The notes beneath the pieces are model-generated. The model did not search any database and was not told the DNA's origin. It saw only the letters and a list, made by a program, of their open reading frames with translations. Shown here one piece after another: positions 1-9,131 of a DNA stretch of 53,506 nt (its first letter is position 1; every line of letters starts with the position of its first letter). Origin of the DNA: an uncultured Fibrobacteraceae bacterium (GTDB lineage: Bacteria; Krumholzibacteriota; Krumholzibacteriia; LZORAL124-64-63). Location: NCBI GenBank assembly GCA_964630845.1, contig CAZVWL010000001.1, forward strand, positions 1-53,506. Direction: 5' to 3'. The translations under genes and the position numbers were made by a program.

Positions 1-227
1 CTCATGATCCCGACCCCGCCGACGGCGCGGTCGAGACCATCATGACCTTCGTGGTCGAGGATGAGGCCGGCGTGCGCATCGAGCACGACCGGCACGTGAC
101 GGGCCTGTTTCCGCGGGCCACCTGGCTGGCGTTGCTCGCGCGGGCCGGCTTCCGGGTCGAGGCGCGCGCCTTCGCGCTCGAGGGGCTCGCGCGGCCGTAC
201 GAGCTGCTCGTCGGGGTGCTGCCTTGA
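1..227 (+). CDS. C-terminal fragment of a probable class I SAM-dependent methyltransferase (5' end outside window)
   Basis: Frame is open from the window edge to TGA 225-227. The tail ...VTGLFPRATWLALLARAGFRVEA... resembles the C-terminal end of small-molecule methyltransferases. Its stop overlaps the TTG start of the next gene (TTGA). Confidence 0.4.
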   Translation, partial: HDPDPADGAVETIMTFVVEDEAGVRIEHDRHVTGLFPRATWLALLARAGFRVEARAFALEGLARPYELLVGVLP

Positions 228-1430
228 GCGGGGCGCCGCGCCGCCTGGTGACCGCGGCCCTCGCGTGGACCTTCGCCGTCACCCTCGCGCGCGGCCTCTG
301 CCCGCCGAACGACTTCGCCGAGGCCCACTGGCTCGTGGACTACCGCTTCGGCCTGATCAAGCGCGGCCTGGCCGGCAGCCTCGCGTCGCTCGCGGCCGGG
401 GTGACCGGCGGCGCGGCGACGCCGCTGGTGATCGCGGTCATCTCGGGCCTGATCCTGGCCGCGGCCTGCGCGGTGCTGTGGTTGCTCGTGCGCCGCGCCT
501 GGCAAGCGGCGCCGGGCGACCCCGCGACCGGCACGCTCGTCGCCCTGGTCGTGCTGGCCTCGCCCTTCACCGTGATGACCGCGCACCTCTGGGGCTACTT
601 CGACGCGCTGCTCTTCGTGGCGACCGTCGCGGCGATCGCCCTGGTGCGCCGTGGCCGGCCGCTCGTGGCCGGCGCCGTGCAAACCGCCGCGGTGCTCGTG
701 CACGAGAGCCAGCTGCTGGTCGGCTGGCCGCTGGTCTGTTTGGCGGTCTGGTGCGCCGGCGCACCAGGGTGGTCGCGGCGCCGCCAGCTCGTCGGCCTGG
801 CGATGCCCGTGCTCGCGGGCGTGGCGCTGTTCGTGACGCACGCGGTGATGCCGGGGCCGACCATGCGCGCGCAGCTCGCCGCGCGCCTCGACGCGGCCGG
901 CTTCGTGGGTTCGATCGGCCCGCTGGTGGCCCTCTATCAGACCACGGGGTTCCTCGACTTCTTCGCGCAGAACCGCGGCGCGTTCCTCGCGCGCCTGCTC
1001 GACGCGCGCGTGCTGCTCTCGGTGGGGCCCACGCTCGTGGTCTGCGTGCTGTGGCTGCACGCGCGGTACGGGCTGCGGGCGCTGTCGCGCGGCTCGCTCG
1101 TGCTGCTCGCGGCGACGTTCATGCCGCTGGCGATGCACGCGGTGGCCTGGGATACCGAGCGCATCGCGACGCTCGCGATCGGCAACGCGCTGGTGGCGGG
1201 CTGGGTGCTGGCGACGAGGCCGGCCACGGCGGCATGGCCGGCGGCATCGCCCCGCGTGTACGACGCCGTCGTGCTGGTGGCCGTGCCGGCGCTGCTGCTG
1301 AACCTCTTCTACCGCATCCCGCTGATGCTGGGCATGGCCGAACGCTTCGGCCTGGCCGAGCGGGCGCTGCTCTACCTGCCGGCGCTCGCGCTGGCGGCCT
1401 GGGTGTTGTGGCGGCGCGGCCGCGACGCGG

Positions 1431-1450
<20 letters not shown>
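224..1450 (+). CDS. Polytopic integral membrane protein, function unknown
   Basis: 408-aa ORF with many hydrophobic Leu/Ala/Val-rich segments of TM length and an ordinary, non-Arg/Pro-rich composition. Start is coupled to the upstream stop. Confidence 0.6.
748..767. repeat. Perfect 20-bp palindrome CTGGTGCGCCGGCGCACCAG (copy inside a CDS)
   Basis: Read directly. It is self-complementary and has the same core as the copies at 7205, 11317, 12595, 22194 and 27514. Confidence 0.8.
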
Positions 1451-2225
<775 letters not shown>

Positions 2226-2306
2226 CGGGCGGATCCTCAGGTTGGGGGCCGTGCACAACCTAGGGCCGACTTGCGGGAGGCGCCGTTCCGGAAAGGCGAC
2301 GCGACG

Positions 2307-2894
2307 ATGCTGATCGCTAGGCTGCTGGCTCCATACCTGGCCGTCGGCGTCTGCTGGCTGCTGCTGCGCGACGCCTGGCTGACCGTCCTCTTCTACCATC
2401 TGCAGATCATCCTGTGGTCGCGCGGCCGACCCTGGCCGGATCTGCGCGCTCGTCCCGGCTGGTCACGGCGCTGGCTGCTGGCCGCGGCGCCATGCGTGCT
2501 CGCCGGGCCGGCGCTGCTGGTGGTGATGCCATGGGCGGCGTCGGTCGAGCTGGGCGCCTGGCTCGCGGGTTTCGGCTTGAGTGGCACGTCCCTGGCGCTG
2601 ATGGTGCCCTACTACGGCCTGGTCCATCCCCTGCTCGAGCAGCGCCACTGGGGGCCGTTGCGCCGGCGCACGCCGGCCGCGCACGTGGTGTTCGCGGCGT
2701 ACCACATGCTGGTGCTGGGGTCGTTGCTGCGTCCGGGCTGGCTCGTCGCGGTGTTCGGGACGCTCGTGGCGGCGTCGGTGGCGTGGGGCTGGCTGGATCG
2801 GCGCAGCGGCAACGCGCGGGCGGCGGTGCTGGGGCACATGGTGGCCGATCTGGGTACGGTGCTGGTGGCGTGGTGGTGGGTGGCTTGGCGTTGA
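2307..2894 (+). CDS. Small polytopic membrane protein (weak CPBP-like His motifs), function unknown
   Basis: This is the 3' part of track ORF 1467..2894, starting at ATG 2307 (MLIARLLAPYLAVGV...). It has about 5-6 hydrophobic helices and Trp-rich ends. The upstream part of the ORF is antisense to otsB. Confidence 0.5.
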   Translation: MLIARLLAPYLAVGVCWLLLRDAWLTVLFYHLQIILWSRGRPWPDLRARPGWSRRWLLAAAPCVLAGPALLVVMPWAASVELGAWLAGFGLSGTSLALMVPYYGLVHPLLEQRHWGPLRRRTPAAHVVFAAYHMLVLGSLLRPGWLVAVFGTLVAASVAWGWLDRRSGNARAAVLGHMVADLGTVLVAWWWVAWR

Positions 2895-2955
2895 CAGCGG
2901 GCGCCGTGCGGGCGCATTGTCGCGCTGACGCCCCGTTCAACCCAAGGAGCCCGCA

Positions 2956-3453
2956 ATGATGACCAACCACACCAGAACGTTCACGCTGACCGTCGCCGTC
3001 GTCGGCGCGCTGGCCATGGCCGGCTGCGGCGGCGACACCCGCCCCGCCGGCGAAGGCGGCTGGCTCGCCGGCGACACGCACGCCAAGTTCGAGATGGTCG
3101 CCGACCAGTTCGGCGGGATCGACCAGACCATGATGGAGGTCGGTTACCGCTACCAGGTGCTCTACTGGGCCGGCGAGGACGGCAACTGGGCGCTGGCCGA
3201 CTACCAGATCCACGAGCTCGAGGAGACGCTCGAACGGGGATTCACCCGCCGGCCCGAGCGCCGCAAGTCGGCCGAGGTCTTCATGACCGTGGCGTTGCCG
3301 CAGCTCGAGGAAGCCGTCGCCATGAAGGACCAGGCCCTGTTCCGTGAGCGTTTCGAGGCCCTGCGGGCCAACTGCATCTCGTGCCACGCGCTCGAGGACG
3401 TGGCGTTCATGAACGTGACGATCCCTGAATACCGTATCCAGCCCTTGAAGTAG
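2956..3453 (+). CDS. Lipoprotein mono-haem cytochrome c with C-terminal CXXCH (class II / cytochrome c'-like architecture)
   Basis: Signal peptide with lipobox LAMAGC. A single haem motif CISCH lies about 25 residues from the C-terminus and the body looks helical. Confidence 0.6.
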   Translation: MMTNHTRTFTLTVAVVGALAMAGCGGDTRPAGEGGWLAGDTHAKFEMVADQFGGIDQTMMEVGYRYQVLYWAGEDGNWALADYQIHELEETLERGFTRRPERRKSAEVFMTVALPQLEEAVAMKDQALFRERFEALRANCISCHALEDVAFMNVTIPEYRIQPLK

Positions 3454-3463
3454 CGGCACGGCC

Positions 3464-4507
3464 ATGATCGATCAGCAGCCGGAGGGCAGCCGGCACGGCA
3501 TCTGGGGCCTCGCGTTCGGCTACTTCGCCTGCTACGTGCCGTACAGCTTCCTGACCAAGGTGCTCTCCGACGGCGCCCTGGCCGGTCTCGCCGGCCAGGG
3601 GCTGCCGGGCGTCTCGTTGCTGCCCGTGTCGGTGGCCGCCTCGGCCGCGGCCATGCTCCTGTTCATCACGGCGATGGGCTGGTGGCGCTTCGCGAGCCGA
3701 CGCCGCCTCGCCGGCCGGAGCCTGCCCTGCCCCACCCGCTGGACCTTCCTGTCCGGACTCTGCACCGCCCTGATCATCGCGACCACGACCCTGGCCTACA
3801 CGTTCGAGGGCATCAGCATCGTGTTCGCCATGCTCCTGATGCGCGGCGGCCTGCTGATCATGGCGCCGGTGGTCGACGCCCTGTCGAGGCGCCGCGTGCG
3901 CTGGTATTCCTGGGCGGCGCTGGCCTGCGCCATGGCGGCGTTGCTGATCGGCCTGGTCGACACCGCGAGCTACGCGCTCTCGGCCGTCGCCATGGTCGAC
4001 ATCGCCGTCTACCTCGCCGCCTACTTCCTGCGCCTGCGCTTCATGAGCCGCCTCGCCAAGTCGGCCGACCCGGCCGCCAACCGCCGCTACTTCGTCGAGG
4101 AGCAGATGACGGCGGCGCCGGCCCTGCTGCTGCTGCTGGGTCTGGCCGCCCTGGCCGGCGACGCCGCCGCGCAGACCGCCGCCGTGCGCGACGGGTTCAC
4201 CGCCTACTGGAGCGCGCCGTTCCTGTGGGCGATCATCGCGCTCGGCGTGCTGTCCCAGGGCACCGGCGTCTTCGGCAGCCTGATCTTCCTGGACCGGCGC
4301 GAGAACTCGTTCTGCGTGCCGGTGAACCGCTCGTCGAGCGTGCTGGCGGGCATCCTCGCCTCCTGGTGGGTGGCCACCATTCCCGGGCAGACCCCGCCGT
4401 CGGCCAGCCAGCTGGCCGGCGCGGCCATCATCGTCGTGGCGATCCTGTTCCTGTCGCTTCCCCCGTGGCGCGAGGCGCGCCGGACGGCGAGGTCGACCAG
4501 CCGCTAG
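3464..4507 (+). CDS. Multi-pass membrane protein (DMT/EamA-like transporter candidate)
   Basis: 347 aa with about 10 hydrophobic segments. No catalytic motif recognised. Confidence 0.5.
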   Translation: MIDQQPEGSRHGIWGLAFGYFACYVPYSFLTKVLSDGALAGLAGQGLPGVSLLPVSVAASAAAMLLFITAMGWWRFASRRRLAGRSLPCPTRWTFLSGLCTALIIATTTLAYTFEGISIVFAMLLMRGGLLIMAPVVDALSRRRVRWYSWAALACAMAALLIGLVDTASYALSAVAMVDIAVYLAAYFLRLRFMSRLAKSADPAANRRYFVEEQMTAAPALLLLLGLAALAGDAAAQTAAVRDGFTAYWSAPFLWAIIALGVLSQGTGVFGSLIFLDRRENSFCVPVNRSSSVLAGILASWWVATIPGQTPPSASQLAGAAIIVVAILFLSLPPWREARRTARSTSR

Positions 4508-4938
4508 CGGCGCTTCGGGTCGGGCCGCGCGCCGGCGATCAGCGCCAGGCTCACGCCCGAGCCGATCACCACCGCGAGCAGCTGACCGCTCAGGAACGTC
4601 AGCACGAAGCCCACGAGGGACGCCACCTCGAAGCATACCCAGCGCACGATCATCGCGGCCTGGAACGCGGCCAGCTGCTCCTCGGTGAGCTGCGGTTCGA
4701 GCGAGAGGCCGGGCTTCTGCAACGCCGCCAGCATCCGCCCCGACAGCGCGTTGCCCGCCACCACGGCCGCCATGGCGGCCAGGACCAGGATCGCGGTCAG
4801 CGGCTGCGGGAACGATCGCGGCTCGAGGTTCTGGACGACCAGCGCGGCGATCATGACGTAGGCCACGGGCGCGACCAGGAACGCGAACCACATCGAGCGG
4901 ACCGTGCGCAGGCTGGCCGGCTTCTGATCGAACTGCAT
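4504..4938 (-). CDS. Small membrane protein, function unknown
   Basis: 144 aa with 4 hydrophobic segments. Convergent with the previous gene, sharing a 4-nt overlap (CTAG). Confidence 0.45.
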   Translation of the reverse strand: MQFDQKPASLRTVRSMWFAFLVAPVAYVMIAALVVQNLEPRSFPQPLTAILVLAAMAAVVAGNALSGRMLAALQKPGLSLEPQLTEEQLAAFQAAMIVRWVCFEVASLVGFVLTFLSGQLLAVVIGSGVSLALIAGARPDPKRR

Positions 4939-5123
4939 GATATACCTCTAGTTAGGATTCGCTGGCAACAGTTCCGACGGCATCGCAAGCTTGACGGAGC
5001 CGCTCGGGCGGGTCAAGATCGGAAGTGACTTGCAAATATCGGGACATCTTACTACAGTTGGCGATTGAGTTGGCTGCCCCGACCCGAATTGGCTGTTCCG
5101 ACCCCTGGCAAGGACGTGCCGCC

Positions 5124-5639
5124 ATGAGGTCCTTCACCACGACCAGCGTCCTGACCCTCGTCTTCGCCGTCGTGGTCGGCCTGTGCGTGGGCGTCGGGCT
5201 CTTCACCTTCGGCTACGGACGCGGCCACGCCTACCTCAGCAGCGACCCGCAGGCCTGCAGCCAGTGCCACATCATGCAGGACCAGTACGACTCCTGGCTC
5301 AAGAGCAGCCACCACGCGCACGCCACCTGCAACGACTGCCACCTGCCGCACAACGTCGCCGGCAAGTGGCTGGCGAAGGCCGACAACGGCTTCTTCCACT
5401 CGTGGGCCTTCACCTTCCAGGACTTCCACGAGCCGATCCAGATCAAGCGGCGCAACCTCAAGATCCTGCAGGACAACTGCGTCGCGTGCCACCAGACGCT
5501 GGTGTCGCACATGGCGCACGCCTCGGACACCGGCGAGGAGCTGTCCTGCTTCCAGTGCCATCATAGCGTCGGCCACGGCGCCCGCGGCGCGGGCATGCCG
5601 CGGCGGTTCCCCCTGATCGTGACAGGAGAGACCCCATGA
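5124..5639 (+). CDS. nrfH: Cytochrome c nitrite reductase small subunit NrfH (NapC/NirT tetrahaem quinol dehydrogenase)
   Basis: N-terminal TM helix followed by four CXXCH motifs (CSQCH, CNDCH, CVACH, CFQCH). ATGA overlap with nrfA. Trimmed from track start 5025 to ATG 5124. Confidence 0.9.
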   Translation: MRSFTTTSVLTLVFAVVVGLCVGVGLFTFGYGRGHAYLSSDPQACSQCHIMQDQYDSWLKSSHHAHATCNDCHLPHNVAGKWLAKADNGFFHSWAFTFQDFHEPIQIKRRNLKILQDNCVACHQTLVSHMAHASDTGEELSCFQCHHSVGHGARGAGMPRRFPLIVTGETP

Positions 5640-7165
5640 ACAGGTATTCCGGCAACCAGGCCGGGCGTTCGCGCGCCCTCTTGATCGCGGTCATCCTGCT
5701 GACCGCGCTGGTGACCATCGCCGTGGCGGCCCTCCTGATCAACATTACCGAGCGACGCTGGGAGGCGCGCCACCCGTTCGTGCGCCTGGTCGAGATCGAG
5801 GAACTCGAGGTCGACCCCGCCGTCTGGGGCCAGAACTGGCCCCACCAGTACGACAGCTACCTGCGCACGGTCGATTACGAGCGCACCCGCTACGGCGGCA
5901 GCGACGCCATCCCCAAGCAGAAGCTCGACAGCGACCCCTGGCTGCGCCTGATGTGGGCCGGCTACGCCTTCTCGCTCGACTACCGCGAGGCGCGCGGCCA
6001 CGCCTACATGCTCAGCGACCAGGACCACACCGAGCGCGTGCTGCAGCGCTCCCAGCCCGGCGCCTGCTTGCACTGCCACTCGTCGATCCTGCCCGCGTAC
6101 GCCCATGCCGGCCAGGGCGACATCATGGAGGGCTTCCGCATCGTCAACGCCATGACCTGGAACGAGGCGCGCAACCTGACCGACGACCAGGGCGAGAAGC
6201 TGGTCACCCACCCGGTCAGCTGCGTCGATTGCCACGATCCCGGCACCATGGCGCTGCGCGTCACGCGCCCCGGCTTCATCGAGGGCGTCGCGGCCCTCGC
6301 CGCGAGCGACGACCCCGTGCCCCACCTGCCCAGCATCGAGCGCTGGCGCCAGGGCGACCGCGCCGAGCCCTACGACGCCAACGAGCTCGCGTCACGCCAC
6401 GAGATGCGCAGCTTCGCCTGCGCCCAGTGCCACGTGGAATATTACTTCACGCCGGCCACCGACCCGCGCGGTCGCAACCAGCTCGTCTTCCCGTGGCACA
6501 AGGGCCTGAAGCTCGAGCAGCAGGAAGCCTACTACGACGAGATCGGCTACAGCGACTGGTCGCACGCCGTCACCGGCGGCGGCATGATCAAGGCCCAGCA
6601 CCCCGAGTTCGAGATGTGGAGCCAGGGCATCCACGCCCGCGCCGGCGTCTCCTGCGCCGACTGCCACATGCCGTTCGAACGCGTCGGTGCGATGAAGGTC
6701 TCCAACCACCATGTGCGCAGCCCGCTACTGAACACCGCCCAGGCCTGCCAGGTGTGCCACAACGTGCCGGAGACCGAGCTGCAGGCGCGCGTCCATACGA
6801 TCCAGGACCGTACGCGCGGCATGGTCGACCGTGCCTCGGCCGCCCTCGTCGACCTGATCAGCGCCGTGAAGACCGCGCAGGACCTCGGCCTGCCCGCCGA
6901 CGAGCTGGCCCCCGCGTTGCAGCTGCAGCGCCGCGCGCAATGGCGCCTGGACTGGGTCTACTCGGAGAACTCCCACGGCTTCCACGCGTCGCACGAGTCG
7001 GCGCGGCTGCTGGGCGAAGCGATCGACTACGCACGGCAGGGCGAGGCCATGGTGCGCCAGATGCTGACGCCCCAGCAGCCGGTGCGCAAGGTGGAGCCGC
7101 CGCGGATCGAGTCGGCGACGCCGACGGCGGAGGCGCCGCCGGGGCCGTCGGGGGTGGGGCCGTAG
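5636..7165 (+). CDS. nrfA: Pentahaem cytochrome c nitrite reductase NrfA (CXXCH-type first haem)
   Basis: Five haem motifs: CLHCH, CVDCH, CAQCH, CADCH and CQVCH. NrfA-like blocks are present (WAGYAFSLDYREARGH, EFEMWSQGIHA) and it sits directly after nrfH. Confidence 0.9.
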   Translation: MNRYSGNQAGRSRALLIAVILLTALVTIAVAALLINITERRWEARHPFVRLVEIEELEVDPAVWGQNWPHQYDSYLRTVDYERTRYGGSDAIPKQKLDSDPWLRLMWAGYAFSLDYREARGHAYMLSDQDHTERVLQRSQPGACLHCHSSILPAYAHAGQGDIMEGFRIVNAMTWNEARNLTDDQGEKLVTHPVSCVDCHDPGTMALRVTRPGFIEGVAALAASDDPVPHLPSIERWRQGDRAEPYDANELASRHEMRSFACAQCHVEYYFTPATDPRGRNQLVFPWHKGLKLEQQEAYYDEIGYSDWSHAVTGGGMIKAQHPEFEMWSQGIHARAGVSCADCHMPFERVGAMKVSNHHVRSPLLNTAQACQVCHNVPETELQARVHTIQDRTRGMVDRASAALVDLISAVKTAQDLGLPADELAPALQLQRRAQWRLDWVYSENSHGFHASHESARLLGEAIDYARQGEAMVRQMLTPQQPVRKVEPPRIESATPTAEAPPGPSGVGP

Positions 7166-7204
7166 GGGGCAAGGCTGGGTGGCGCACCGTGGTCGAAGGA
7201 CGGC

Positions 7205-7222
7205 TGGTGCGCCGGCGCACCA
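7205..7222. repeat. Perfect 18-bp palindrome TGGTGCGCCGGCGCACCA, 40 nt after the nrfA stop
   Basis: Read directly. Possible terminator-like or REP-like element. Confidence 0.8.
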
Positions 7223-7242
7223 AGGTGCAGTTGGTCATATGT

Positions 7243-7271
7243 TTGACAGTGTCCAATGATTGCCATATAAT
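7243..7271 (+). promoter_or_regulatory. Consensus sigma70-type promoter for abiEi-abiEii
   Basis: TTGACA (7243-7248), a 17-nt spacer, then TATAAT (7266-7271), 47 nt upstream of the abiEi ATG. It lies in an AT-richer patch. Confidence 0.55.
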
Positions 7272-7317
7272 TTCTTTATCGGTTTGCAATAGACAGCCAA
7301 ACCTTGGACTGTATCCA

Positions 7318-8157
7318 ATGAATGCCGACAAGAAGCAAAAGCGGTCCTCCATCGGAATCGACCTGGTCCGGCTTCTGGCCGCCCAGGGCATTCGCATCTT
7401 TTCCACCGCGCAAGTTCGCGCCCTGGCGCCTCAGGTCGGTCTGAAAGACGACTACCTGCTTGAGGCCCTGCACCATCTTCGTTACGACGGTTGGATCGTC
7501 CAGCTCCGACGAGGGCTCTATGCCCTGGCCGCGGGGGTGCCCGGGGTAGCTCCAGTCCACGAGTTCGAGATTGCCATGGCCCTGGTCCAGCCGGCGGCCG
7601 TGTCGCACTGGTCGGCGATGCATTTCCATGGGCTCACGCAGCAGGTGCCGCGCCAGGTGCATGTCCTGACGACGGCGGCCGTTTCCGCGCCCCGGGTGAG
7701 AGGAAGTGGGGCGGTAGCAGGGGATGACGGCTATAAGGCGGGCGGCGCGGTCTTCACCTTCGTGAGGGTCGCCCCCACGCGGTTCTTCGGCACGGAGCCG
7801 GTCTGGATCGGTGAGGCCCGCGTGACGGTGACTGATCCGGAGCGCACGTTGATCGACGGCCTGTCGAAGCCACAGTATTGCGGAGACTTCGCGGAGGTCC
7901 TGCAGGCGTTCCAGGTCCGGCTGGCCAACCTGGAGCTTGACCGGATCATCGACTACGCCGTCCGCCTCGATGGGGCCACAGCCAAGCGGCTTGGCTGGGT
8001 GCTCGAGCATCTGGGGTTGGCCTCCGCGCGCCTCGAGCGACTCCTGTCCATCCCCGTCAAGGGATACCGGACCCTGGATCCCACCGGGGAGCGGCGGGGT
8101 CCTTGCGACAAGCGCTGGATGATCCAGGTGAATCTGTCGGGGAGGATCGGGACATGA
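7318..8157 (+). CDS. abiEi: AbiEi-family antitoxin / transcriptional regulator (type IV TA)
   Basis: This is the 3' 279 codons of track ORF 5953..8157, from ATG 7318. It has an N-terminal wHTH-like segment (...LEALHHLRYDGWIVQLRRGLYAL...) and an ATGA overlap with a DUF1814-type toxin gene. Confidence 0.8.
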   Translation: MNADKKQKRSSIGIDLVRLLAAQGIRIFSTAQVRALAPQVGLKDDYLLEALHHLRYDGWIVQLRRGLYALAAGVPGVAPVHEFEIAMALVQPAAVSHWSAMHFHGLTQQVPRQVHVLTTAAVSAPRVRGSGAVAGDDGYKAGGAVFTFVRVAPTRFFGTEPVWIGEARVTVTDPERTLIDGLSKPQYCGDFAEVLQAFQVRLANLELDRIIDYAVRLDGATAKRLGWVLEHLGLASARLERLLSIPVKGYRTLDPTGERRGPCDKRWMIQVNLSGRIGT

Positions 8158-9020
8158 AACCGCTGCGCACTCGGCTTCAAGAAGCCCGGAGAGACCTCGG
8201 CCTGCCGTGGGAGGTCCTCGAGCGGGACTATCTACTCTCGTGGGTCCTGGCCGGGATCGGCCAAGTAGAGCGCTTGCGGGAGTCCCTTGTCTTCAAGGGA
8301 GGTACGGCGCTCAAGAAGTGCTACTTCGGGGAATACCGATTTTCAGAGGATCTGGATTTCACCGGGCTACCAGGCGTCCCAAGGGGCGAGGCATTGCTCG
8401 CAGCCGTAAGCGAGGCCTGCGCGGCCGCGGTCAGGCTCCTCGACGAATATGCCCCCGTCGGCATCGATTGCGACCGCTACACGGAGCGGGAGGCTCATCC
8501 CAGCGGCCAGGAAGCTTTCGCGATCCGTGCGAGGCTGCCGTGGCAGAACGAGCACACAACGCGCGTGATGGTCGAGGTGACGGTGGACGAGCCTGTCATG
8601 CGGCAAACGACCCGGCGCCTGATCCTCCACGAATACGGCGAGACGATTCTCGCCGACGTTCAGGTGTACGCGCTGGAAGAGATCGTGGCGGAGAAGCTCC
8701 GGGCGATCCTGCAGCATGCGCGCAAGCTGGAGACGCGGGGCTGGAGCCGATCACGGGCTCGCGACTACTACGACCTCTGGCGCCTGTTCGACGCGTACGG
8801 CGAACGGATGGACCAGGCGGGTTTTGCCGAACTGCTGAGCGGGAAATGCGCCGTACGGTCCGTAGCGTTCGCCGGTCCTGATGACTTCTTCCCCGATGTC
8901 ATTCTTGACCATGTGGAGAGGACCTGGGAGCAATGGCTCGGTCCCTTGGTAGCCGAACTGCCGTCATTCAAGACGGTGATCACGGCGCTACGGCCGCGGA
9001 TAGATGCGTTGCTTCGGTAG
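8154..9020 (+). CDS. abiEii: AbiEii/AbiGii nucleotidyltransferase toxin (DUF1814)
   Basis: Signature ...ERDYLLSWVLAGI...LVFKGGTALKKCYFGEYRFSEDLDFTG.... Start trimmed to ATG 8154, which overlaps the abiEi stop. Confidence 0.85.
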   Translation: MKPLRTRLQEARRDLGLPWEVLERDYLLSWVLAGIGQVERLRESLVFKGGTALKKCYFGEYRFSEDLDFTGLPGVPRGEALLAAVSEACAAAVRLLDEYAPVGIDCDRYTEREAHPSGQEAFAIRARLPWQNEHTTRVMVEVTVDEPVMRQTTRRLILHEYGETILADVQVYALEEIVAEKLRAILQHARKLETRGWSRSRARDYYDLWRLFDAYGERMDQAGFAELLSGKCAVRSVAFAGPDDFFPDVILDHVERTWEQWLGPLVAELPSFKTVITALRPRIDALLR

Positions 9021-9131
9021 GCATGGAGCTGCTGCCCGATCGGTCGTGTCCCCTCCATTGTCGCGCATCCCTGCCGTTTTAGTATCGTTTCCAGGGTCGC
9101 CCAGATCACCCCAACCCCCGAAAGGCCCCCC

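Noticed and set aside
2-1138. Long alternative-frame ORFs throughout the GC-rich part. Examples are 2..1138(-), 265..1602(+), 3407..4891(-), 8988..10697(-), 14274..16730(-), 16630..18402(-), 19147..20709(-), 22968..26141(+), 23632..26184(-), 28526..31120(-) and 31910..34306(-).
   Set aside because: Their translations are dominated by Arg/Pro/Gly/Ala/His runs with no motifs. Each overlaps a gene with clear family signatures on the other strand or frame, which is the typical high-GC open-frame artefact.
4950-5010. Possible sigma54 promoter (CTGGCAACAGTTCC...) or sigma70 promoter (TTGACG-17-CAAGAT) upstream of nrfH.
   Set aside because: The -12 element does not match TTGC at the right spacing and the -10 hexamer is poor. 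This is not enough to call.
5953-8157. 734-aa ORF apparently fusing the nrfA region with abiEi.
   Set aside because: The first roughly 450 codons are an out-of-frame Arg/Pro-rich read through nrfA. Only the part from ATG 7318, behind its own promoter, looks like a real protein (AbiEi).
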